A DNA stretch of 47,035 nt from an archaeon (lineage in GTDB: Archaea; Nanobdellota; Nanobdellia; SCGC-AAA011-G17; VGLX01), in NCBI GenBank assembly GCA_043810595.1, contig JBDRNX010000022.1, positions 1-47,035 of the forward strand, read 5' to 3'. This document shows, piece by piece, positions 10,429 through 19,798 of the stretch. How positions within the stretch are numbered: position 1 is the stretch's first letter; each line of letters begins with the position of its first letter. A model generated the notes under the pieces. It did not search any database, was not told the origin of the DNA, and worked only from the letters and a program-made list of their open reading frames with translations. The position numbers and the translations under genes were made by a program.

Positions 10429-10925
10429 GAGAGATAAAAATAGAAAAGGTCACCCTGAATATGGGAACGGGAGAACCGGGAGAAAAACTAGACAAAGCAG
10501 TAAAGCTCCTCAAATCAATCAGCGGAGAAAACCCTGTCAAGACAGTAACCCAGAAAAGGATACCAATGTGGAAAATAAGACCCGGCCTGAACATAGGGAC
10601 AAAAGTAACATTACGGAAAGAAAAGGCACAAAAACTGCTTAAAAGATTATTGCAAGCAAAGAACAACCAACTAAAAGCATCAAACTTCGATGAAAACGGT
10701 AACTTCTCATTCGGAATAAAAGAATACCTGGACATACCAGAAGCAAAATACGACGCAGAAGTTGGGATCATAGGCCTGGAAGTTGCAGTAACGCTGCAAA
10801 GACCTGGATTCAGGATAAAGAGAAGAAGGGTCAAAACCAAAAAAATACCAAAAAAACACAGAATACCAAAACAAGAAGCCATAGAATTCATGAAAAAGAA
10901 CTATGGCATCGAGGTGGAACAATGA
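10425..10925 (+). CDS. rpl5: 50S ribosomal protein uL5
   Basis: [45 protein letters not shown]. Confidence 0.97.
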   Translation: MREIKIEKVTLNMGTGEPGEKLDKAVKLLKSISGENPVKTVTQKRIPMWKIRPGLNIGTKVTLRKEKAQKLLKRLLQAKNNQLKASNFDENGNFSFGIKEYLDIPEAKYDAEVGIIGLEVAVTLQRPGFRIKRRRVKTKKIPKKHRIPKQEAIEFMKKNYGIEVEQ

Positions 10926-11152
10926 CAACAAGCAGCTATACCAAAATGCTCAAACAACTGAAAAACAAGCCAACAAAGATGAAAAAATACCTGAAGCACA
11001 ATACCCCAAATGAAAGGAAATTCGGAAAGCAGACAAAGAGATGCGTAAGATGCGGCAACCCAAGAGGGCACATAGCAATGTATGGACTGCACCTATGCAG
11101 GAGATGCTTCAGAGAAAACGCAAAGAACCTGGGGTTCAAAAAATACCGCTGA
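10922..11152 (+). CDS. rps14: 30S ribosomal protein uS14 (zinc-binding, N-terminally extended)
   Basis: RCVRCG...[18 protein letters not shown]. Confidence 0.95.
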   Translation: MTTSSYTKMLKQLKNKPTKMKKYLKHNTPNERKFGKQTKRCVRCGNPRGHIAMYGLHLCRRCFRENAKNLGFKKYR

Positions 11153-11162
11153 GGAGAAAAAA

Positions 11163-11552
11163 ATGCTAAACGACCCACTATCAAACACATTATCAAACAT
11201 GCAGAATGCCGAGAAGGTAGGAAAGATGGTATGCATAACAAAACCATCATCCAAGATAATCAGGGAAGTCCTAAAAATAATGCAAGAAAAGGGATACATA
11301 AAAGGATTCCAGGAAATAGAAGACGGCAAGGGAAAGATGGTGAAAGTAGACCTGATGGGGAAGATAAACAGATGCAACGTCATAAAACCAAGATTCTCAA
11401 TAAAGAAGGGAGAATACGAAAAATTCGAAAAGAGGTATCTGCCTGCCAGCGGATTCGGATTCATAATCGTATCAACACCAAAAGGGATAATGACACATGA
11501 CGAGGCTAAAAAGAAAGGACTGGGAGGAAGACTGATCAGCTACGTATACTAA
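11163..11552 (+). CDS. rps8: 30S ribosomal protein uS8
   Basis: True start [11 protein letters not shown] at ATG 11163, after a GAGGAG SD; [27 protein letters not shown]. Confidence 0.97.
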   Translation: MLNDPLSNTLSNMQNAEKVGKMVCITKPSSKIIREVLKIMQEKGYIKGFQEIEDGKGKMVKVDLMGKINRCNVIKPRFSIKKGEYEKFEKRYLPASGFGFIIVSTPKGIMTHDEAKKKGLGGRLISYVY

Positions 11553-11553
11553 A

Positions 11554-12090
11554 ATGCTACCAGACATAAACCAAAAAATCAAGATACCGGAAAACATAAC
11601 CGTTGAAATAGTAAACGGACTGATAAAAATCAAAGGCAAAAACGGAGAAGTTGAAAGAACCCTATCAGACAGGAACGTCAAGATAGCGGTAGAAGAAGGG
11701 AACATAGTACTGAGCTCAAAAAAACCAACAAAAAGAGAAAAGAGAATGATAGGAACATTCAAGGCGCACATAAAAAATATGATCAAAGGAGTGGAAGAAG
11801 GTTACACATATAAACTGAAGGTAGCCTCATCACACTTTCCAATCACCGTAAACCTAGAAGGGAAAGAGCTGGTAGTAAAGAACTTCCTCGGGGAAAAAAT
11901 CCCGAGAAGATGCAAAATACCAGAAGGAGTAAACGTGAAGGTTGACGGAAGCATAATCACGGTAGAAAGCCTAGACATAGAGAAAGCAGGAAGAACAGCT
12001 TCGCTAATTGAGCTGGCAACAAGAATAACAAAGCGGGACAGGAGAGTATTCCAAGACGGGGTATACATAACACAAAAACCAGGAAGATGA
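11554..12090 (+). CDS. rpl6: 50S ribosomal protein uL6
   Basis: AHIKNMIKGV, SHFP, NFLGEK, RDRRVFQDGVYI. Confidence 0.97.
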   Translation: MLPDINQKIKIPENITVEIVNGLIKIKGKNGEVERTLSDRNVKIAVEEGNIVLSSKKPTKREKRMIGTFKAHIKNMIKGVEEGYTYKLKVASSHFPITVNLEGKELVVKNFLGEKIPRRCKIPEGVNVKVDGSIITVESLDIEKAGRTASLIELATRITKRDRRVFQDGVYITQKPGR

Positions 12091-12677
12091 AAGAACTAAT
12101 AGAACTGAGAAGGAAACTGAAGAAGAAAAAACCCAAATTTTTGAGGCAGGACGCTCACAAAGTCAAAAAACTAGAAAAAAAGTGGAGAGCGCCAAGGGGG
12201 AGGCACTCAAAAATGAGGTTCAAGCTGAGAAGTTACAGAAAACAACCTTCAATAGGCTATTCATCACCAAGAAAAGTGAGGGGACTGGACAGCAAAGGAA
12301 GAAAAGAAATCAAAGTAGAAAGGGTACAAGACCTTGAAAAAGTAAAACAAGACGAAATCATAATCATAGGAGCAACTGTAGGAACAAAAAAGAAAGTAGA
12401 GATATTCAAAAAGATAATTGAAAAGAAACTGCAAGTGAAGAACATTAGAAACATAGAAGAGTTCATCAAACAAGCGGAAGAAAAAATCAAGAAGAAAAAA
12501 GAAGAAGTAGAGAAAAAGGAAACAAAGAAAAAGAAAGCGAAAGAGGAAGCGCTGAAAAAAGCAGAAGAGAAGAAGAAAGAAGAAGAAAAGAAAACAGAGG
12601 AAGAGAAACAGAAAGAAAAAGAGGAAAAAGAAAAGAAAGAAGCAAGGGAGAGGGCCATGCAACAGCCCATGACATAA
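12087..12677 (+). CDS. rpl32e: 50S ribosomal protein eL32 with long Glu/Lys C-terminal tail
   Basis: KPKFLRQD, WRAPRGRHSKMR, IGYSSP; about 70 C-terminal residues almost entirely E/K. Confidence 0.95.
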   Translation: MKELIELRRKLKKKKPKFLRQDAHKVKKLEKKWRAPRGRHSKMRFKLRSYRKQPSIGYSSPRKVRGLDSKGRKEIKVERVQDLEKVKQDEIIIIGATVGTKKKVEIFKKIIEKKLQVKNIRNIEEFIKQAEEKIKKKKEEVEKKETKKKKAKEEALKKAEEKKKEEEKKTEEEKQKEKEEKEKKEARERAMQQPMT

Positions 12678-12678
12678 G

Positions 12679-13209
12679 ATGAACCTGAGCACACAAAAAA
12701 GGATAGCAGCACAAGTAATGAAAGTCGGCCGCAACAGGGTATGGTTTGACCCGAACAGGCTGGATGAGATAAAAGAAGCCATCACAAAAGCAGACATACG
12801 ATCACTAGTCCATGACAGGGCAATACAAGCAAGGCCCGAAACTGGAATATCACAATACAGGGCAAGGAAAAACAAGCTACAAAAAAGAAAAGGAAGAAGA
12901 AAGGGACCGGGATCAAGACAGGGAAAAAGAAGATCAAGACTACCAAGAAAGAAAGAATGGATGGAAAAAATAAGATCGCAAAGATACCTGCTAAAAAAAC
13001 TGAGAGACGGGGGAATAATAACAAAACAAACATACGGGAAAATAAGAAGAAAGGCAAAAGGAGGGTACTTCAGAAGCAGAAGACACATCCAACTACACTT
13101 GGAAGGCAATAACCTTCTGCTAAAACCCATTGAAAAACCAAAGGAGAAACCAAAGGAAAATGCTAGTACAGTTCAGAAGAAAGAGACAGGGAAAAACAAA
13201 CTACAATAG
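12679..13209 (+). CDS. rpl19e: 50S ribosomal protein eL19
   Basis: QKRIAAQVMKVGRNRVWFDP, GRRKGPGSRQG, WMEKIR. Confidence 0.96.
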   Translation: MNLSTQKRIAAQVMKVGRNRVWFDPNRLDEIKEAITKADIRSLVHDRAIQARPETGISQYRARKNKLQKRKGRRKGPGSRQGKRRSRLPRKKEWMEKIRSQRYLLKKLRDGGIITKQTYGKIRRKAKGGYFRSRRHIQLHLEGNNLLLKPIEKPKEKPKENASTVQKKETGKNKLQ

Positions 13210-13672
13210 AAGAAGGAAACTACTGGGAGCGAGGGAACTCAGGGTAATAATCAGAAAGAGCAACACGAACGTATACTTACAAATAGCAAAATACGAAGAA
13301 CAAGGAGACAAAATAATCACGAGCGCCAACTCAAGGGAACTACTAAAAATAGGATGGAAAGGCGCAAGAAAAAACCTTCCGGCAGCATACCTCACCGGAC
13401 TGCTGCTCGCCAGCAAGGCAAAAAAACAAAACATAAAGAAAGCAATACTGGATGTGGGAATGCACACACCCACACCTGGCGGGATTATATACGCAGCCCT
13501 AAAAGGGATGATTGACGGAGGGATACAGGTGCCACACTCAGAAGACGTAATACCAAAACAGGAAAGAATAGAAGGCAAACACATCATGCTCAACACAAAA
13601 ACAAAATCACCAAACAAAGAGAAAATAACAGAACAATTCAACGAAACAAAAAACAAGATACTAAAGGAGTAA
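13160..13672 (+). CDS. rpl18: 50S ribosomal protein uL18
   Basis: Start at ATG 13160 (MLVQFRRKRQGKTNY); NLPAAYLTG, AILDVG, GGIQVPH; overlaps eL19 by 50 nt. Confidence 0.95.
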   Translation: MLVQFRRKRQGKTNYNRRRKLLGARELRVIIRKSNTNVYLQIAKYEEQGDKIITSANSRELLKIGWKGARKNLPAAYLTGLLLASKAKKQNIKKAILDVGMHTPTPGGIIYAALKGMIDGGIQVPHSEDVIPKQERIEGKHIMLNTKTKSPNKEKITEQFNETKNKILKE

Positions 13673-13673
13673 A

Positions 13674-14441
13674 ATGGCAGAGAGAAAACGAGAAAAAATT
13701 CAAAGGGAAAGAACGGCAGGAGGGTTCGTAGCAGAGGAAAAGAGAAAAACAAACCTAGACCTCTGGATACCGAAGACGGAAATAGGGAGAAAAGTAAAAA
13801 ACGGCGAGATAAAAGACATAAATGAGATAATAGAGAGAGGAATAAAGATTCTGGAACCTGAAATAGTGGACATGCTCATACCCAACCTCGAACTAAGCAT
13901 AATAGGGGTTGGACAATCAAAAGGAAAATTCGGTGGCGGAAAGAGAAGTATATGGAGACAGACACAGAAAAAAACAAGCGAAGGAAACAAGCCTAAATTC
14001 GCAATCGTAATAGCAGTGGGAAACAGGGATGGTTACGTAGGAATAGGCAAGGGAAAAGCAAAGGAAACAGTACCAGCAAGAGGGAAAGCCACAAGAAATG
14101 CAAAACTAAATATCATAACAGTAAGAAGGGGGTGCGGATCTTGGGAATGCGAATGCGGCGAAAGCCACAGCGTACCATTCAAGGTTGAAGGAAAGAGCGG
14201 AAGCGTGAGAATGCAACTGCTACCAGCACCCAAGGGGACAGGACTCTGCGTTGAAAAAGAATGCAAAAAGATACTGGAGCTGGCAGGGTTCAAAGACCTA
14301 TACTCAAGAACGGTAGGACAAACAAGAACAAAACTCAACCATGTATACGCATGCTTCAACGCACTAAAGAAACTGGGAGAGATGAGAATAACAGAAGAAT
14401 ACAGAAAGAAAGCAGGGATAAGGGAAGGCAGAAATGAATAG
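13674..14441 (+). CDS. rps5: 30S ribosomal protein uS5
   Basis: WIPKTEIGRKV, VGNRDGYVGIG, RRGCGSWECEC, PAPKGTGL. Confidence 0.97.
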   Translation: MAERKREKIQRERTAGGFVAEEKRKTNLDLWIPKTEIGRKVKNGEIKDINEIIERGIKILEPEIVDMLIPNLELSIIGVGQSKGKFGGGKRSIWRQTQKKTSEGNKPKFAIVIAVGNRDGYVGIGKGKAKETVPARGKATRNAKLNIITVRRGCGSWECECGESHSVPFKVEGKSGSVRMQLLPAPKGTGLCVEKECKKILELAGFKDLYSRTVGQTRTKLNHVYACFNALKKLGEMRITEEYRKKAGIREGRNE

Positions 14442-14904
14442 GGTAGCCGTGATAAGGATAAGGGGGAGAGTGCACCTGAGAAAAGAGATAGAAGACACAT
14501 TGAGACTAATGAGGCTGTACAAGAAGAACAGCTGCGTCATAATAAAAAACACAGAACCGCAAATAGGAATGCTCACAAAAGTAAAGGATTACGTAACATG
14601 GGGGGAAATAGACCCAGAAACATTCAAAATGCTGCTAGACAAAAGAGGAAGACTGGCAGGAAACGTAAAACTAACAGAACAATACATGAAAGAAAAACTA
14701 AAAATGGAGTATGACACATTCACAAAAGAATTTTTCGTGATGAAAAAAGAACTGAGAGACATACCAGGGGTGAAACTTTTCTTCAGGCTATGCCCGCCGG
14801 TACAAGGATTCGAGAGAAAAGGAATAAAGAAACCTTACAGCCTAGGCGGCGTCCTGGGCTACAGGAAGGAAAAGATAAATGAACTGCTCAGGAAGATGAT
14901 GTAA
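14434..14904 (+). CDS. rpl30: 50S ribosomal protein uL30
   Basis: AVIRIRG, GMLTKVKDYVTWGE, FRLCPP, GGVLGYRKEKINELL. Confidence 0.96.
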   Translation: MNRVAVIRIRGRVHLRKEIEDTLRLMRLYKKNSCVIIKNTEPQIGMLTKVKDYVTWGEIDPETFKMLLDKRGRLAGNVKLTEQYMKEKLKMEYDTFTKEFFVMKKELRDIPGVKLFFRLCPPVQGFERKGIKKPYSLGGVLGYRKEKINELLRKMM

Positions 14905-14905
14905 G

Positions 14906-15343
14906 ATGACAGCAAGAAGACAAAAGAAAAACAAGAAAATGCGCGGAAGCCACACCCACGGATGGGGAAGCAAAAAGAAGCATCGTGGAGCGGGAAACAG
15001 AGGCGGCAGAGGCATGGCAGGAACAGGAAAAAGAGCAGACCAAAAGAAACCATCCATACTGAAGGAGTACGGAAAGGAATACTTTGGAAGGAGGGGATTC
15101 GTAACACCAACAAGAAAAGAAGACAAAACGATTAACCTGGATTACATAGAAAAACACACAGACCAGTTAACTGCAAAAGGTTTAATAACAAAAGAAAATG
15201 ACTATTACATAATAGATATTAAAAAGCTAGGATACGACAAGCTGCTTGGCAAAGGAAGGATAAAAAACAAATACAAAGTCACAGGAAAAGTATCCAAGAC
15301 AGCTGCAGAAAGAATAAAACAAGCAGGCGGAGAAACACAATAA
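14906..15343 (+). CDS. rpl15: 50S ribosomal protein uL15
   Basis: RGSHTHGWGSKKKHRGAGNRGGRGMAG, KLLGKG, IKQAGG. Confidence 0.97.
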   Translation: MTARRQKKNKKMRGSHTHGWGSKKKHRGAGNRGGRGMAGTGKRADQKKPSILKEYGKEYFGRRGFVTPTRKEDKTINLDYIEKHTDQLTAKGLITKENDYYIIDIKKLGYDKLLGKGRIKNKYKVTGKVSKTAAERIKQAGGETQ

Positions 15344-16749
15344 TGGCACTAGCAAACTTGCTCTCAAACTTACCTGAAGTCAAAGGACCACTTCAAAAAA
15401 GGCTGCCTTTCAAAGAAAAACTAAAATGGACACTCATAATACTAGTAGCATTCTACATACTATCAACAATACCCCTATGGGGACTGGGACATAACGCACT
15501 AGAGCAATTTGACTACCTATCACTAATTTTAGGAGCGAAATTCGGCTCCCTAATATCGCTAGGTATTGGACCGATAGTAACCGCATCAATCGTACTACAA
15601 TTACTTAACGGCTCAGGAATACTGAAGTTCGATACCACAACGCATGAAGGAAGGGTAGCATTCCAGGGACTACAAAAACTTATGGCAATATTCTTCGTAA
15701 TATTCGAAGCACTCATATACGTTTACATGGGAGGACTGGCACCAGCCTCAACACTAGCGCCGGGAATGTACAGGATAGTACAACTCGTACTAGTAGGACA
15801 ACTATTCCTAGGAGGTATGCTGATAATATTCATGGACGAGGTGGTAAGCAAGTGGGGATTCGGACAAGGCGTATCTTTGTTTATTGCGGCAGGAGTGTCA
15901 GCAGAAGTTATAGTGAGGGCTTTCTCACCGCTAAACCAAGCGGGACAAATAGCGTTAGGCTCTGGACTGCCGCCGATAGGAAAAGTATGGGTACTTTTCA
16001 CATCCCTAATAGGAGGAAACCCCATAAGCGCGGCACTGGCATTTGCAGCAATAGCAGCCACGATAATAGTATTCATGCTAGCGGTATACGGACAGGCAAT
16101 GAAAATAGAAATACCCCTAAGCTTCGGAAGAATAAGGGGTCACGGAATAAGATGGCCACTAAACTTCCTATACACATCAGTCCTACCAATAATCCTAGTA
16201 TCGGCGTTAATTGCTAACATACAACTATGGGCACGACTCATGGAAAATTGGGGGCGGCCGATATTAGGAACCTATGTGGGTAATGCGCCCGCAACAGGAC
16301 TAATAGTATGGCTATACCCACCAAACATAGTAGAGGGAATAATAACAGGAAGCTTCGCTTTTATACATCTGGCCCACGCAGCAGCATACATGGGATTCAT
16401 GATAGGCGGAGCAATAATATTCTCAGTATTCTGGGTGCAAACCTCGGGAATGGACGCAAGAAGCCAAGCGAACCAGATGATGGCATCAGGACTACAAATA
16501 CCCGGATTCAGAAGAGACCCAAGAGTACTGGAAGCAATCCTTAAAAGGTACATAACACCACTAACCATAATGGGAGGTGCAGCAATAGGATTCCTAGCAG
16601 CATCAGCAGACTTACTAGGAGCATTAAGCAGAGGAACAGGAATATTACTTGCGGTCATGATCATTTACAGACTATATGAAGAAATAGCAAGGGATCACAT
16701 GGTAGACATGTACCCCGCGCTAAGGAAGATAATAGTGATGGGCAAATGA
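15343..16749 (+). CDS. secY: protein translocase subunit SecY
   Basis: LGIGPIVTASIVLQLL, DEVVSKWGFG.G.SLFI, IPGFRRDP, GTGILLAV; about 10 TM segments. Confidence 0.98.
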   Translation: MALANLLSNLPEVKGPLQKRLPFKEKLKWTLIILVAFYILSTIPLWGLGHNALEQFDYLSLILGAKFGSLISLGIGPIVTASIVLQLLNGSGILKFDTTTHEGRVAFQGLQKLMAIFFVIFEALIYVYMGGLAPASTLAPGMYRIVQLVLVGQLFLGGMLIIFMDEVVSKWGFGQGVSLFIAAGVSAEVIVRAFSPLNQAGQIALGSGLPPIGKVWVLFTSLIGGNPISAALAFAAIAATIIVFMLAVYGQAMKIEIPLSFGRIRGHGIRWPLNFLYTSVLPIILVSALIANIQLWARLMENWGRPILGTYVGNAPATGLIVWLYPPNIVEGIITGSFAFIHLAHAAAYMGFMIGGAIIFSVFWVQTSGMDARSQANQMMASGLQIPGFRRDPRVLEAILKRYITPLTIMGGAAIGFLAASADLLGALSRGTGILLAVMIIYRLYEEIARDHMVDMYPALRKIIVMGK

Positions 16750-17273
16750 AAAAAGGACTATACATAATGATGTTGGTACTGACGGTATCCTTCGTAATAG
16801 CACTGCTATGGGACAAGATACCGATAATAAGCAACAGTGTACACTTCGTTTTAGACCCGACATTTGGCAAACTACTCCAACTGGACAGGATAGGGGGATT
16901 CATAGCAATAATATTCGTAATAACACTAGCGATCACGCTGATACAAAAATTCATGTCCGACCAAGAAGCGCTGAAAGAACTGAGAGAAGAACAGAAAAGA
17001 ATGCAAGGAGAGATGAAGCAATACAAGGACGACCCGAAAAAGATGATGGAAATCCAGAAAAAACAGCTGGAAAGCATACCAAAATCATTCGACCTAACAA
17101 CAAAACCGCTGATATACACATCAATACCAATAATACTGTTCTTCAGATGGTTCAACGACGTGTTCAAAACGATAGGGGATGACAAAATATTGGGACTAAA
17201 CTGGATATGGGCATACCTGATAACATCAATCATACTCAGCATAATACTAAGAAAAATACTGAAGGTATACTAA
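16746..17273 (+). CDS. EMC3/TMCO1 (DUF106) family membrane protein insertase
   Basis: TM - coiled coil (DQEALKELREEQKRMQ) - KPLIYTSIPIILFF - WIWAYL; conserved position after secY. Confidence 0.88.
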   Translation: MKKGLYIMMLVLTVSFVIALLWDKIPIISNSVHFVLDPTFGKLLQLDRIGGFIAIIFVITLAITLIQKFMSDQEALKELREEQKRMQGEMKQYKDDPKKMMEIQKKQLESIPKSFDLTTKPLIYTSIPIILFFRWFNDVFKTIGDDKILGLNWIWAYLITSIILSIILRKILKVY

Positions 17274-17274
17274 A

Positions 17275-17565
17275 ATGAGAGAGCAAAAATCAAAAAAACA
17301 CAGAATGATAAGGGTGAGAACGCCTGGCGGAAAAAACAAAATAATATACAAAAAGAAAAAACCCGCAAAGGCGCAATGTGCAAGATGCGGAGCAATACTG
17401 AAAGGAGTGCCAACATACAGGGTGTACAAAATGAAGAGACTGCCAAAAACAAAAAAGAGACCTGAAAGGCCATACGGAGGCGTGCTCTGCAGCAAGTGCA
17501 CAAGGGAGTTAATGACTGAAAAGGCACTAAGCATGTACAAAGAAGTCAAGGAAGAAGAAAAATGA
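17275..17565 (+). CDS. rpl34e: 50S ribosomal protein eL34
   Basis: VRTPGG, CARCG..LKGVP, RPERPYGGVLCSKC. Confidence 0.97.
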   Translation: MREQKSKKHRMIRVRTPGGKNKIIYKKKKPAKAQCARCGAILKGVPTYRVYKMKRLPKTKKRPERPYGGVLCSKCTRELMTEKALSMYKEVKEEEK

Positions 17566-17849
17566 TAGAAGTAGGAAGAGTATGCATGAAAATAGCAGGA
17601 AGGGATGCCGGAAAGATAGTCGCGATAGTAGACAAAATAGACGATAATTTCGTGATGATAGACGGCAACGTGAAAAGGAAGAGATGCAACATAGCACACC
17701 TAGAACCCCTGCAAGAAGTGCTCAAAATAAAGAAAGGAGCAAGCACGGAAGACGTGAAAGCAGAACTCAAAAAACTAAAAATGCTCAAAGAAAAGGAAAA
17801 AGTAAAAAGAAAACCAAAGGAAAAGAAAGATGCCACAACAAAAAAGTAA
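17562..17849 (+). CDS. rpl14e: 50S ribosomal protein eL14
   Basis: IEVGRVCMKIAGRDAGK, VKRKRCNIAHLEP. Confidence 0.96.
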   Translation: MIEVGRVCMKIAGRDAGKIVAIVDKIDDNFVMIDGNVKRKRCNIAHLEPLQEVLKIKKGASTEDVKAELKKLKMLKEKEKVKRKPKEKKDATTKK

Positions 17850-18255
17850 CGTAAATGAAAAATACCTGGAACTGCAAATCCTAAACCAACAAATAAAACA
17901 GCTGCAACAACAAATAATCAACCTCGAAAACCAAATCATAGAACTGGAAGTTCTCGAAGACAACCTAAACGAACTGAAAAAGGTCAAGGAAGGGACAGAG
18001 ATACTCGTATCCATGGGTGCAGGAATATTCGCAAAAGCACAGCTCAAAGACAACAAAAAAGTGATAGTCAACGTTGGAAGCAGCACCATGGTAAAGAAAG
18101 AAATCGACGAAGCAAAAACACTAGTAACCGACCAAGTAAACCAGATGAAACAGATAATCAACGAAATAACCGAAGAACTGGAAAAAGCGGCCGTAAGAAT
18201 ACAGGGAGCACAGAAAGAAATACAAGAAATGATGGAAAGTAGTAAGAAACCATAA
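17830..18255 (+). CDS. pfdA: prefoldin alpha subunit
   Basis: Coiled coil - EILVSMGAGIFAKA...KVIVNVGS (two beta-hairpins) - coiled coil. Confidence 0.92.
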   Translation: MPQQKSNVNEKYLELQILNQQIKQLQQQIINLENQIIELEVLEDNLNELKKVKEGTEILVSMGAGIFAKAQLKDNKKVIVNVGSSTMVKKEIDEAKTLVTDQVNQMKQIINEITEELEKAAVRIQGAQKEIQEMMESSKKP

Positions 18256-18291
18256 TAATCATTAAATACCTGAAGCTTAAACTACAATTCC

Positions 18292-19791
18292 ATGAACGAG
18301 GTGTTCGAATTCTACTCAAGAAGAGATATACAAAACGAGATACTCAAAATAGCCAAAAACAGGGAAGTGGCAGTAAAGTACGGAGACAAGGGATTCGGAA
18401 AAAGACCGGACATACTACAATTCCCAGGCGACATACTATCAATGGTAAAAGACGGGGCAACATCGTTCCACATATCAGAAGAAAGATGGAGTGATCCATT
18501 ACAACTGAAAGCAGGAATGACAAAAAGACAACTAGACGACCTGAGAACAGGGTGGGATTTGGTTATAGACATAGACTGCAAAGACTTCGAATACTCGAAA
18601 ATAGCAGCCCACCTCGTGATAGAAGCGCTCAAGTACCACAACGTCAAGAACGTAAGCGTAAAATTCAGCGGGAACAAGGGAATGCACATAGCAGTACCCT
18701 TCGAAGCCTTCCCAGAAAAAGTAGAAAACACACCAACAAAACTACGCTTCCCAGACGGACCGAAAGTAATAGCGCTGTACATAGCCAACCTGATAAAAGA
18801 AAAACTAAGCGAAGACTTCCTCAACTACGCGGGAAGCATACAAAAAATAGCAGAAACCTTCGAAAGAAAACCAGAAGACTTGGAGGAATACATCTGCCCA
18901 GAAGACAGAGTACCGCTCATATCAAAACTCAAACAAGACCTAGGCCTGATATGCCCAAAATGCGGAGGACAAGAATACGTTGAATTCAGAGGAGGCATAT
19001 ACCTGTGCAAGAAATGCCCACAGACATTCATGACAAAAACAAGAGACGTAACGCTAGACCTAAAATACATGGAATGCCCTATCTGCAAGAAAAAAAGATA
19101 CGAAAAAAGATTCAACCCATTCAGTATACTAAGCATAGACACTATGCTAATAAGCAACAGACACATGTTCAGAGCACCATACTCTTACCATGAAAAATCA
19201 GGACTGATAAGCATACCCATAAAACCGGAAGATGTTTTGAACTTCAAAAAGGAATGGGCAGAAATAAAAAACGTAAAAATAGAAAACGACTTCCTAAACC
19301 CAGAAAAAGAAAACGATGCGGCAAGATTAATGGTAGAGAGCTTCGACTGGTGGACAAAACAAGAAAAGAAAGAAGAGAAAAAAATGGGAGGAACGTACGA
19401 AGAGGTTAAAGAAGCGATAAGCGAAGAATATTTCCCCCCGTGCATAAAACTGATATCGAAAGGGATACAACATGACGGAAGAAAAAGAGCATTATTTATC
19501 TTGATAAACTTCCTACAAAACGTGGGATGGCCGCACGACAAGGCAAAACAGTACGTAGAAGAATGGAACAAGAAAAACTACGAGCCGCTAAAAGAAGGGT
19601 ATGTGATATCACAACTAAACTACAGGCTTAAGGCACAAAAAATACTCCCGCCAAACTGCGAAAACGTAGCATACTACAAAGACATAGCAGTATGCAACCG
19701 GGACAACTTCTGCGCAACCATAAAAAACCCGGTGAACTATGCGGTAAGGAAGGGAAGGATAAAAAAAACAAAAAACATAGTTAAAAATTAA
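18292..19791 (+). CDS. fused DNA primase PriS-PriL (DPANN type) with Cys-rich insertion
   Basis: AEP motifs WDLVIDID, KFSGNKGMH, IDTML, FRAPYS.H; C-terminal PriL-like FPPCI...GRKRALF...LPPNC...C...C..KNP; insertion with CPED/CPKC/CKKC/CPIC. Confidence 0.9.
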   Translation: MNEVFEFYSRRDIQNEILKIAKNREVAVKYGDKGFGKRPDILQFPGDILSMVKDGATSFHISEERWSDPLQLKAGMTKRQLDDLRTGWDLVIDIDCKDFEYSKIAAHLVIEALKYHNVKNVSVKFSGNKGMHIAVPFEAFPEKVENTPTKLRFPDGPKVIALYIANLIKEKLSEDFLNYAGSIQKIAETFERKPEDLEEYICPEDRVPLISKLKQDLGLICPKCGGQEYVEFRGGIYLCKKCPQTFMTKTRDVTLDLKYMECPICKKKRYEKRFNPFSILSIDTMLISNRHMFRAPYSYHEKSGLISIPIKPEDVLNFKKEWAEIKNVKIENDFLNPEKENDAARLMVESFDWWTKQEKKEEKKMGGTYEEVKEAISEEYFPPCIKLISKGIQHDGRKRALFILINFLQNVGWPHDKAKQYVEEWNKKNYEPLKEGYVISQLNYRLKAQKILPPNCENVAYYKDIAVCNRDNFCATIKNPVNYAVRKGRIKKTKNIVKN

Positions 19792-19798
19792 ACTTGCA

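Noticed and set aside
11082-11162. Upstream extensions of tracked ORFs (uS8 from 11082, uL18 from 13130, ROK from 38049, DHH from 44897, TIM from 32592)
   Set aside because: They overlap upstream genes or SD sites; family N-termini and coupling point to the downstream ATGs used in the feature list.
12257-13130. Long minus-strand Phe/Ser/Leu-rich ORFs (e.g. 12264-13130) and many similar ones across the window
   Set aside because: They are antisense shadows of A-rich plus-strand genes. Few stops arise on the reverse of Lys/Glu-rich codons, and they show no motifs.
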